Shown here: positions 41,790 to 53,975 of the stretch, piece after piece
Layout: the number at the start of each line of letters is the position of its first letter
Position numbering within the stretch: the first letter of the stretch is position 1
Assembly: GCA_951406725.2 (NCBI GenBank)
Contig: OX597830.1
Coordinates: forward strand, 1,426,001 to 1,490,000
Direction of reading: 5' to 3'
From: Octopus vulgaris
Taxonomy: Eukaryota
DNA: 64,000 nucleotides
Made by a program: the position numbers and the translations under genes
The notes under the pieces: model-generated
What the model saw: only the letters and a program-made list of their open reading frames with translations
What the model was told of the DNA's origin: nothing
Database searches by the model: none

Positions 41790-43935
41790 GTAGAACTCAG
41801 AAAAGCACGAAATAAAACCCAACTGACAGCCAGACGCTGTGCAAATAGGTATTGGCAGGAAATCTGTCAGAGTATCCAGTTAGCTGCAGACAGGGGCGAC
41901 ACCCGTGGGATGTATGACGGTTTGAAGAAGGCCCTCGGTCCATCCGCAACCAAGTCAGTCCCTCAGAAATCAACAACTGGTGATCTCATCAAGGATCAAA
42001 GCAAGCAAATGGATTGATGGGTGGAGCACTACCACTATCTCTACTCACGGAAGACTACAGTGGTTGAGGCTGCAGTCGTGCGTGTCAAGATCTTGCCAGT
42101 CATGTGCGAACTTGACAGTCCGCCATCTATAGCAGAGCTCATCGCGGCTGTTGACGCCCTAGCAAGAAACAAGGCTCCGGGAAAAGACGGCATCCCCTCA
42201 GAGATCATCAAAGCCGGCAAAACACCATCCTGCTTCGGCACCTTCATGAGCTTCTGTGTCAGTGCTGGGAAGAGGGTACAGTCCCTCAGGATATGCGGGA
42301 TGCTAACATCATTACACTTTACAAAACCAAAGGTGACCGTGGTGATTGTAACAATTACCGTGGAATATCTCTTCTAAGCACTGTTGGAATGACCTTTGCC
42401 CGCGTTATCCTGGCCAGGCTACAACTACTTGCTTCTCGAATCTATCCGGAATCGCAGTGTGGCTTTAGAAGAAGCAGATCAACTATCGATATTCTCCATA
42501 CGCCAACTTCAGGAGAAGTCCAGAGAGCAGAGAATGCCATTATATATGGCCTTCATTGATCTAACAAAGGCCTTTGACTCGGTAAGCAGAACAGGCCTCT
42601 TCACCCTGCTCCAAAAAATCGGATGTCCACCAAAGCTGCTGAGGATCATGAAGTCTTTCCATGATGACATGCAAGGCACCATACAGCACAACGGTTCAAC
42701 ATCAGCCGCCTTCCAAATAAAAAACGGGGTAAAGCAAGGTTGTGTCCTCACTCCTACATTGTTTGGCATCTTCATCTCGCTCTTACTCTCACATGCCTTT
42801 CAGACATCAGATGATGGAGTGTTTCTGCACAGTAGAAGTGACGGGAAACTGTTCAATCTCTCGCGCCTGCGTGCCAAGACCAAAATCAGAGACGTCCTGA
42901 TCAAGGAGATGCTATTTGCTGATGATGCCGCTCTGGTATCACACACAGAAGAAGCCCTCCAAAGGCTCATCAACTGTTTTGAGCAAGCATGTTACGACTT
43001 TGGCTTAGCTATCAGCCTTAAGAAGACCAACATCATGGATCAGGCTACATCGGATATCACAAACATACATATTGGAGAACACAGATTACAAGAGGTGGAG
43101 AAGTTTACCTATCTGGGCTCTACCGTCACCTACAACATATCCCTCGACGCAGAGGTCAATATACGCATTGGCAAGGCAGCTGCTGCGATGGCCCAACTCT
43201 CCAAACGGGCTTGGGACAACAATAAGCTGACCAAGACCACGAAAATGAAGATCTACCAGGCATGTGTACTTAGCACTCTACTGTATTGAAGTGAGACTTG
43301 GACGCTATACACACGCCAAGAGCGTCGCCTAAACCTCTTTCACCTGCGCTGCCTCCGGAAAATCCTCCGCATCAAATGGCAGAACCGTATCCCCAACAAA
43401 GATGTCCTCAGGCAAGCAGGAATACCAAGCATGTTTGCATTCCTCACACAAAGACGTATGAGATGGCTTGGGCATGTTAGCCGTATGAAAGATGGCAGAA
43501 TCCCCAAGGACATACTCTACGGAGAGCTTGCTAGGGGTACTAGGTCTGTGGGTAGACCGCTCTTACGTTACAAGGATGTTTGCAAAAGGGACATGAAGGC
43601 CTGCAACATCAATATTAGCGGTTGGGAGGCAGTTGCCGGCAACCGTGGAGACTGGCGACGTACCGTAAGAGAGGGAATACAAAGGAGTAACAGAGAGAGA
43701 GAGAGAGGAGAAATGGAAAGACAAGAAAAGACGTCAACAAGAAACTATGACACTACAACCAGCCAGGAACAGTCTTCGCTACATTTGCGGTACCTGCCAG
43801 AGGGAGTGTTTGTCCAGGATAGGACTACACAGCCACAGCAGGAAATGTATCAGGACATGAAATGTAAAAGCCGAACTAGAATACTTTATGCGCAACTCCA
43901 TTGTCTCCCGAAACAAAAAGGATGCCAACGAATTA
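41790..43935 (+). mobile_element. RTE (BovB-like) LINE, 5'-truncated and frameshifted
   Basis: KAPGKDGIP, NYRGISLLS, PESQCGFR, FIDLTKAFDSV, GVKQGCVL, LFADD, LRWLGHV-like, RPLLRYKD; terminal C..C.R.CLSRIGLHSH.R.C. Confidence 0.95.
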
Positions 43936-46900
43936 CATATATACATGTATATATAATACTCACATATTTCTGATATTTATGTATGTTTGCCTGTGGTACA
44001 TGGAAGAGAAGATGGGTTCTCATTTTAAACGCTGATTCCCATTGATGCGCCATCACGTAAACTCAATACATCCGATGATGTGATTGTTTCCTTGTTTTAT
44101 GGTAATATTGACTATCGAATGACTTTTCTTTGCCATTTTGTGACCTACATTTTATGATTATGAATTGGTCTTAGAAGTGTAATATCAGGATGCACTAATT
44201 GTACATGCATATTTACGGAGGCATGTTGCCATTTGGTACAAGTATGTCAGTATCTGCAAAGGAAATACTTCATCAGTGTAAGGAAGAAGAGAATGGTTCA
44301 TGTTGCTGTTAGTCTGTGACACGCTACAGCACATGGTAAGTTTATGAGTGAGAAATTTCTTTTATGTTGGTTGGCCTGACATCAAATTCACAAATCATAA
44401 CAGCAGGACTAACTAAACACTTGGAGTCCGACAACACATTTAAACGAAGAACTCGAGTTTGAAATTTCGCTGCTTTCCTGGAATTGATTTAATTGCAGCA
44501 CAGGATATATGAACTTGTTTAACAAATATCAGCCACAGATTCACTTTGTTTATAACATTTGATAAGCTTCAGTATATTCTCAGACAAATATACTATTCCA
44601 ATTTTCCTTAATTCTAGGATTAATTCTTTATTTCCTAAATATTGGGAACACACGCCATATATATATTATTCCAAACTATGGCACTGGCTCCATATGGAAG
44701 CCCTTTCTCTGTAACGTAACCTGCTAGCTAGCGCAAGCAAGTCTTAAAAAAGGACGTATTTAATTATGTAACTGTAGATACAGCGTGTCTGAATAAGTCG
44801 AGTCTGTCAATGTTGCACTTCGACCATAAGTGTCTTTGATCAAGACTGAAATGTCGGTGAAACAGCAGTAAGAACATTATCATACGTTCAATTAGCTAAT
44901 TTGGTACCATAAATTAATTACTTGAAGACAGTTGACAATTTAAAAAATATGAAAACAGCAAATATACAATAGATAACTTAATCATTTACACCGACTTCTG
45001 TAATGTTTAATTCCTGGGGGAAATAACTCTTTCTATAATTCTTCATCACTTAAGTTGCCATCTTTAAAGCAAAGATGGGACGATTTCCTATCAAATCCCA
45101 AGTAATAAATGTTTGTGAATTTCGACAAATAAATAAGATAACATTTTGAAAATGTAAATCATTAAAAGCTATTTCAAGTGGTAAAGTGTTTGTATCATAT
45201 TGAAAATTGAACAATTCAACTTTGACATGCATTGAAATTAATAAATGGATATACAATACCTTTTAGTATTCTGTATTGTTTTGTTTAGATATTTTGTGTT
45301 GTTTGAAATATAAACATCACGTATTCAGTAACAAATTAGGTAGTGCCAACACTGAACATTAATCTAAGATAAAGCATTACCATTATAGGAATTCTTTGCA
45401 AATTATGAGATTAAAAAAAAAACTCACTACGATAAAGATTAATGTAACAAGGAATAATCTATTGTATGTGTATCTGCAGCGTATTTAAATGTTATGTCGA
45501 ATATAGCATATAATTATGATAAGGAAGAAAAAGCAAGGAAGAGATATTATAGACTTTTGCTACAGGATATAAACAACGGTATACGGGAAAAAGGAGAATC
45601 AAGAAGGGTATCAGTAAGTGTTATGAAAATAGTTTCTTTCTAAAATATTTTATAACACAAATATAATTGTGATTTTAAAAACATTATCATGAAATAATGT
45701 CGATTTTACAGATTATTTAATGGGTTTATGGTTTTTATTTATACATTTTTAGCGTAATATGTTATTTGTAATAAAGTTTTAATTACATGGAAGACACGTG
45801 TTCTGAAAAGAATGCTTAAATGAAATCAACTTGTCTTTTCTTCTTGATATTTCATATGATAGAGTGTGAAACCCATCCAACTGACAGTTAAATAGAGAAG
45901 AAGAGGAAATATTGTTTCAGAGGAAATTGTTATGATGTTCCATGTCAGGTGTGCAAGTATAATTACACGCAGTTAAATCTTGACATTCTAGAAATGTCAA
46001 ACATATTCACGATTTGACGATGAAACTGTGGAAATGCTCATTCTTATATTTGAATATTTGTCTTGCCCCTTCCAGTTTCAATGAAGCATCATGTCAACAT
46101 ACAGAACGGACGACAAGCTTAAAATAATAATTTTCTTCGAATTTCAGGAAGGAAAACATTTTTAACACAGTTTTAAATAAGAGTTACAATACAACTATAT
46201 TCTTTTTTAAATGAATTCATTATTTTTATAATTTGTCTGTGTAAACGATAAAAGTTTAAACTTTCACCGTTTGTGTTGAATAGTTGTAAACAACTTGATA
46301 TGAGATTCAATTCTATGAAAATTAACCTCTTTCAATACATGCAAACTTGATGCATGTTGTTTAAAATACACAGTAAATTGAGTTTCTAAAATTTCAACAA
46401 CCTGTCTCTGCAGTATTTTCCAGCAAATTAAATTCAGAAATATTCCAAGAAAAAATAAAATTAAATAATAAAGATATTATATAACTTTCAAAAATAGTCA
46501 CATACACAAGAGACTGCCTAATGTAAAGAAAATCCCATTGCTTCTATAGTTTGGATAATTATTGAAGATTCACTTCATCTTTAAAAGTTTAGATATGTCA
46601 CCACTACCACACAGTGAAGCACTCCAAGTTCACTTGAAATGTAACAATACAGCAACCACTCAACAAACTCTCCTGCGTCTTTAATATAAAGAAGATGGTA
46701 TTCGAGACAGAAATATTTACGTAACATGACTGTATTAAATTAACAAGTTTGGCACGTGTCATTAATAGCGTGTGATTTTCAAAAATGACAAATGGTATCC
46801 AACAATAATAAATGGCAGATATCAGTAGTAAATAATACTGGAGAATAAAAGGTGGTTCACGACAATAGTGGTACTCGACATGAAAGAGTGCTACTCGACA

Positions 46901-47479
46901 GTAAGAAGCGCTAGATATCAATAGGATGTAACACTCAACAATAACATGCGGCAGATGACAATAGCAAGTGGTAGACGACAATAACAAAAGATACACGAAA
47001 ATAATTCCTGACACTAAACCGTGCTGATAGTTATTCAACAAGTTCTGGAATTATGATTAAAAACTCCTCAATATTAAAATGTTAAATATTAAAGATTGAA
47101 TCAGGTGAAGATTGATACGATAAATAAAATATAACAGATTGTGATATGTTCTTTCAGAACGATTTCTTATCAAATATGGTGTCCAAGATATTTCCTTTAT
47201 ATCATTCGTATTATTTCTATGTATTGACAACTTAAGCAGAAGTAATTAACCTTCGCCACAATTATATTACTTGCTTTTCTTCTAAAAAAATTTACGTACC
47301 AAACCGAAAACCCAAAATTGTCCTCTAATTGATTATGACAGCAGATTCTTTTAGATTTCATATATAATCACCATGGAAATATTCTTGAACATGATCCAGA
47401 TTACATGTGTGGAATACAGAACCAATATATTCTAACTTTACTACAAGTGCAATGTCAATCTTTTATGCCACAAAGCAGC

Positions 47480-47880
47480 GTAGCTGTGAGATGAGGCTGC
47501 TTCTCAACCACATGGTTCCGGGTTCAGTTCCACAACGTGACACTTTGGCAAATTTCCGCTGCTATAGCTTCCGGTCGACCAAAGCATTGGATGGATTTGA
47601 TAGACGGAAACTGAAAATAGCCCGTCGTAATTATGTACGTATGTGTGTATGAGTATGTGTGTGTGTGTGTTTTGAGTCTCTTTTTGTCCTTCTGTCTCCA
47701 ACCACCGCTTGACACCCAGTCTTGACTTTACGTCTTTATAAATTAGCGGTTCGCTAAGAGAGCTCAATAGAATGAGCACCAGGCTTTAAAAAGTCCTGTA
47801 GTTGATTCGTTCCACTTAAAAGCTTTCAAGGTGGCGCCCCATCTTCACTGCGGTTTAATGACTGAAACAATTAACAAAAG
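47480..47880 (+). mobile_element. SINE with internal (TG)n and LINE-like 3' tail
   Basis: GGTTCCGGGTTCAGTTCC B-box-like; AGACGGAAACTGAAA..AGCCCGTCG; tail AAGGTGGCGCCCC...TGACTGAAAC. Homologous to 60505-60870. Confidence 0.75.
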
Positions 47881-47993
47881 GTATATATATATATAGTTAA
47901 TCCAAACATGAACAAAGAGAAAACACAACAACGCGAGGACGTGGAACAAGTATAGTGTTATTGGACGCTCAGGAAACGAAAGAAAGAAGGAGG

Positions 47994-48028
47994 ATCTAAC
48001 GTTTCGAGCGGAGATCTTCGTTAGAAAC
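47994..48028 (-). ncRNA. Degenerate minimal hammerhead-like motif in a Penelope-like repeat (about 47895-48100)
   Basis: Minus strand: ttt CTAACGA A GATC-tcc-GCTC GAAA CG TT aga; G5 is mutated. Confidence 0.35.
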
Positions 48029-48118
48029 ATAGAAAAATGGAAAGTCCAAGGAAGGGAAAACGGAGAAAGAAAATCGCCAACGATACACACGTGGTCACAT
48101 TGTATGTATGTATACATG

Positions 48119-48149
<31 letters not shown>

Positions 48150-49873
48150 TGCTCAATAATTCTTTCTATACATATATTTTTGCGACGCAATCTCTAGATG
48201 TCTGAAAGTCAACAGCGAAGCTGTATTAAGTTTATAACAAAGCATCAACGGCCTTAGCATCGTATCATTATCCTGGAATTTCTTAGTGGAGGGAAAATAG
48301 CAAAGATAAACATCTGTGAAAATATTTGTTCGGAGTCGAATTCATATCATTCCCTTGAATACTCTCAAAGCACTCCAGTTGGTTATAGGAGAATGGAATC
48401 AGAATACGACCAAACAATCAAACATCATAACTGATATAAAGTTCTTTAATCGTACATTAAAAGCCAAGCTCAGTATTTGAGGGGAATTTGACTTGACTGC
48501 TATAGAAAGCAATTTAAGTGATTAGTATAAGCTCCTTCGTAAGAGCAAAGTATTCTGTGTTTGTGGAGAAAATATATTAATTCGGTAGATATATTTATTG
48601 TCTCTCACACTTAATCTTTCAATCTGCACGTTTCACTTCATTTCGAAATATGAACATGTATTCACCATTCACTGAACCAACAATAAATTGGATTTAATAG
48701 ATCTTCGCTGTTTGGATGGAAATGCAAGATATACGATCTCCTATGTTTCTTGTCTTAACATTTACATCTTGCTGTATGTAATTTCCACTTTAGAGACAAT
48801 AGCAAGATATATGAGGAATTTTCGCAATCTGCGCGATATATGATTACTATCATTAAGGATGCGTGACTGTATAAGATGCTGTGTATCTCTCCTGCGCTTC
48901 ATAAGAAATCTAATGCTGTATATCAACCATACATAAATAAACGAAGGGAAAGATTTCAGCTGCTGGGGATGAATATATTAAATTGATTTATTGACACAGA
49001 AAGAGCTTAATAAGGTCGATACGCTTCTAAATGTGTGTACAGTAATTTGAAATATATTTATTAACTCGGATTGCCTAGGCAATTAGATTACAAAATATTC
49101 TTCTAGACATGTTTGAAATATAAAATCTAACAAAGAATATAGACATTTGAAACTTTACCAAAATAAAGACTGATGGGAGTAGGTCTTGTCACTGAACAGA
49201 CCGGCGAAAGCAAAGATGTTTCGACCTTGTTAATGCTCATTACTGAATCGTATTCACATTAGCTGGGGATACTGGAAAAGGACGAAGTACAGATAGAAAT
49301 AATCTAACTATATCGATCTTGATGAAGATATGAAGAATAATCAAAACGAAAAATAATTGAAAGAAGAGTGCTGCATGATGAGGACATATACGAGTGTGCG
49401 TGTGTGTGTTCATATTTATATGCGTATGTATGTCTGAGATTGTGAGTATATTTATATTTATGTGCAAACATACTATAATTTCAGGTATATGATATGACGT
49501 ATCAAAATTCTGCGCCTATTATCCTTGAAATTAACAGACAACCCACCCCCCTCTAAGGATTGTAAATAATCAAAGGTAACAAGCAGTGTGATTATCATCA
49601 CGGAATTATTTCATTCGAAGAAGACAAAGCTGTAATTGAATAGGCCAAAAGACTGGCGGGTTCTCAATATGTATTCATTGAAACTTCCTTTGACACTTCA
49701 TAACGGCCTACAGGGGACCATCACGGCTGTATCGACACCTTGAATACCCCAAGTTTCCCGGCAACTGGCATTGCATTTGCCATATACCAATTCGGCATCC
49801 AATTATAAGTCACCCCTTCATCTAATTCATAATTATTTTATATTTCAGTTATTCCTCTTGACTCTATTGAGTA

Positions 49874-50040
49874 CAGTAATCCCTCGATTACTCCGTGGTG
49901 TACTTTTGCATTTATAATAAAATAAATATATACAAATAATAAAAATAAAAGGAAAATACAGTACTGTTTCTACTTCGCGGATTGACACCTATCGCGGGTG
50001 TTTCTGGAACGTAATACCTGCTATAGTCTAGGAATTACTG
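49874..50040. mobile_element. pogo/Tigger-like MITE
   Basis: TA then CAGTAATCCCTCG on the left, AGGAATTACTG on the right (inverted termini). Confidence 0.6.
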
Positions 50041-51326
50041 CCAATGTACTTCAAAGTAAAATTCAAATCATTTCTTTGTTTATATTACCTGTAAGCTAAT
50101 ACGTGAAATATTTGTATTCTACCATCTTTATATCCTTAATTTCCAATTAACTCGGTTGCAAAATGAGCTTAACAAACATCACACACTAATATCATTAAAT
50201 ACTTCGTAATTTTGTCGTACAGAGTTCGACACCTTTCATGTAGAGTTCAAATGTAAATTAATGGCAGTGCCCTTAATTTGGGTTATATGATCCTTATATA
50301 TCAGGTTACTCCAGGCCTCATTCAAGGACGTAGACAAAAGTAAACATTAAAAATCCTTTGCATAGGAAATATTCACGGAGTTCATGGTAATTTCGGTAAA
50401 CGTATGTGAAGACATGAAATACGTGAGCTCGTAATGGCAGATATATATGTTACTCCGCGCGCCTAATTACGGATCGTGGAATTAGAAATTAGCTAAAAAC
50501 GGCAGTTCTACAGATCTATTTGTTTCCTTCAGACACCAAGTAAAAATATTGGTTTTCAACGAAAAACTACGTCTGTTAAAGGGTAGCAATAACTCCAGTG
50601 TAAAATATGTAAGGATCTACAACACAAGCGGAAATGGAGAGGGAGAGGTTGAATATATATTTTTCTTTCCTTCCTCAATTGGCAAATGTATAAACAAGAA
50701 AATCGTGTTGGCTTATATAAGATATTCACTGAAAGTATAAGATGAGATTCATGATTTTTTTCCTCTTCTAAGTGAAGTATTGCTATTAACATATACAGCA
50801 TCTGTTTCAATATTCAGATAAATATTTATATTTATACAACAACACTCAAAACGTCTGACTTTGAAGAAAAATAGATTACATTATACTTTCATTTTATTAT
50901 AGCAACGAACAATAAGCTTAGTGTATTCAGCCTCTATCATATGAAATATATGGCTGGAGACACTTTCGAGGGCAATTCTTTTTTAAGTAAGACAACGGTT
51001 GATCACAACTCCATTAATATTCAAACTTATTTTGATAACCGCTTTTATGACTTTCATAGAATAGAACAAGAAGAGCAGCGGACAGAACTCCTCGGTGGGA
51101 GGATGTTATACTCGCAATGAAGAGACCTGACTCGATTCTTGTGACAGAATCTGCTAAACATTGAGTGGGGTGGTAGGGGCTAAATAGAACCACAGTTAAA
51201 TATTTCAGGTTTCGGTATATGTATATAACTATTTCTAAGATCCTAAGGAATAATAACTATCCCAGGTTATCAGGACATTTGCTATTTTACACTTTACTAA
51301 CGCAATGTAAACAGTATCATTTATAA

Positions 51327-51989
51327 TATTACAAATTCGGGATTTTACCGATAGAACTGCAACTCCTATTTCAGGATAACCTTATTGTATGGAACACACA
51401 TAGAAAGTTATATCCAATAAATAGAAGCAATTAAAAAACCTACTATAAAATACAATATATTTGCAAAAATATTTGAAAAAAAAATCAATATCACTTACCT
51501 GTTATTAGTCTGTGGGAAAAGAAGATTTTTAAATCCACCCGTGCCTTCCCAGACTGTTTATCTTATTGTTATTATTATTAATGGATCAAGGTTTAAAATA
51601 CATATAAGTCATCTTGAATAGAAAAAGTAATATGAATAAAAATATAATAAAAATATATAAATTGCAAATATATCTTTGAAAATTAGAAAATTACACAAAT
51701 TAATTTTTTTTAATTTAAAAAATTAAACACCTGAAATTACAACACCGATTATATAACGAAAATGCTAAACCTAAGGAAACCCTCAACGACTTTATTATAA
51801 ACACATCAAATCCTACAACCTATCTATATAAACATTACGGTAATTAATAATTTAGTGTAAGATTTACCCCTATCTATACAAGTATAAATTACCATTTTTT
51901 AAATAAGGAAGGATACTCCTCATTCCTGTGTAAATGGCTGCTCCTGAAATGGGAGTTGCGGTTCTATTTGTAAAATCCCAAATTTGTAA

Positions 51990-51991
<2 letters not shown>
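51327..51991. mobile_element. Non-autonomous DNA transposon with about 50-bp TIRs
   Basis: 51327-51376 (TATTACAAATTCGGGATTTTACCGATAGAACTGCAACTCCTATTTCAGGA) is the near reverse complement of 51942-51991. Confidence 0.8.
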
Positions 51992-52044
<53 letters not shown>

Positions 52045-52045
<1 letters not shown>

Positions 52046-53211
52046 GATAAGAAAATGGAGAAATACATCTAAATCAAATATCGATTACCAGATAATACTC
52101 AATCACATACTTTATTAAGCCACCACATAAGAGACTGTAGAGTTAAACATAAAAAAGCAGAACAAATCAGTGTACACAAAGGAATGTACATAAAAAAGTG
52201 TACATAAAAGAGTAATGTTGTATAATAAGTAAAATATATATAAAAAAGAGAATATAAATATAAGTAAATATAAATATAAGTATAGATTACTTCTTACAGC
52301 TGTTTCGACCTGTAGATAAGTATGTCTCATTTTACCAATATTAGCCTTTTATGGTAGGTCAATATATGGATATAAATGAGACATTTACAAAAGTATCATA
52401 AGGCCTCTTCGGAGATATACATATACATATGAGTGCATATACTCACACTCCTATAGATATAAAAATATACATATACATAATAATGTAAATAAATAATATA
52501 AATTAGTAAACATATATATGTTCCACACTCAATGTTTCAGTTTTTCAACTTAATATTGTGATAATAAACATACACATATTAGTACCTAGATGCAAATATA
52601 CATGGTCAATAGTACATTATATTACTTCCTACTAATTTCCAAAGTGTCATTAAAGTTAGCATCATTATCGTTGTCAATACCATTAATGCTACCATCATTA
52701 TCATTCATAATATTATTAATAACGCTTACATTAGGATCCAAAGTGGCACATATGTATGTCCGGGTTCCATTTAGTAATTTTCCTTATGACATAAATACAC
52801 TATTGGATTTGAATTTAAATTATCATTGCCTTCCTCATGGTTGGTCTGTTGAGAGCCGCCCCTACACCGCACAAGAAAAACATACACATCCACATCCAAC
52901 CCTAAACCCACACGTCCACATAAAGACCCACACACACATGCACACACATGAGTAAACCCCGACACATCGCTACACATTCACTAAGAAGTAATATATACTT
53001 ATATTCTCTTTTTTATATATATTCTACTTATTATACAACATTACTCTTTTATGTACACTTTTTTATGTACATTCCTTTGTGTACACTGATTTGTTCTGCT
53101 TTTTTATGTTTAACCCTACAGTCTCTTATGTGGTGTTTTAATAAAGTATGTGATTGAGTATTATCTGGTAATTGATATTTGATTTAGATGTATTTCTCCA
53201 TTTTCTTATCT
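52045..53211 (-). mobile_element. Penelope-like non-coding element with 230-250-bp inverted arms and a hammerhead motif
   Basis: 52045-52296 is inverted relative to 52982-53211; the ribozyme motif sits at the inner edge of the left arm. Confidence 0.78.
52292..52416 (-). ncRNA. Type I hammerhead ribozyme motif (U4C core, about 100-nt stem II domain)
   Basis: Minus strand: TCT CCGAAGA GGCCT...ATGTCTCATTT...AAATGAGACAT...AGGTC GAAA CAGCTG TA AGA. Palindromic stem III ACAGCTGT. Confidence 0.75.
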
Positions 53212-53975
53212 AGTATTAGTAATTTGTGGTAAATCATTTTACCTTTGCCCATATAATACAGTAAATGAATTGATTGCATCGCAATCCTTAACATTTATTA
53301 TTAACTTTGTTGGGTACTTCACTAGCAGTATGTTGGATATATGTTATCCCATGGAGGGTTGCATTTACAACCCCTATCTCAATTTGTATATATATAATTA
53401 TATATCTAAAGCATCGGTTATCGAACGACTTTATATACTATATCACCCCTGAAACATTTAAGCATATATAAAAAATAACCAATAATACCTGTACATAAAA
53501 TTACAGGTAAAAATAAAATAAATATCCACTGGCTAAAAAATTTTTATCAGACGATTAAAATATTCTTTTTTGATTAATTTTTTGTTTTTAAATATTTGAA
53601 AAAATATTCGAAAAAGCCTTTTACTTACCTTTTAGAAGTACGTCCAACGTTCATAAATAAACAGATTTCCACAGGTCAAATTCACATACATCTTGAAAAA
53701 ATGCCTTTTATCTACTCCATATTTCTTTATTATGATTATACAATCGTTACATAGAAGGACAAATACAGGACATACATGCAAAAAACAGTTAGGAGGTTCG
53801 ATTAAAAATTTTCCATAACATTTGGATTATTCATTATAAAAATTCGTCTGTAAATTGTCCTTTACATGACCAATAGAATATTATAACATTACATAAACTT
53901 TCGATCTTACCGAAGTTTTAAACCCCGGCAATTTATAAGGCCCCGCAGCTTTTGTTTCCTCTCCTCCCTCCATAG

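Noticed and set aside
46780-46990. Weak periodicity of about 20 bp (GACAATA units) under ORF 46604-47041
   Set aside because: Old degenerate minisatellite; the ORF has no recognisable domain.
51490-51530. Minus-strand micro-exon-like TTTTCCCACAG / 11 nt / GTAAGT, and other ACTTACC motifs (53623, 60158)
   Set aside because: The first lies inside a TIR element. None gives a coherent reading frame, and none continues as U1 snRNA.
52740-52860. Possible GIY-YIG endonuclease C-terminal remnant next to the ribozyme
   Set aside because: The short translation (LNSNPIVYLCHK) is not specific enough.
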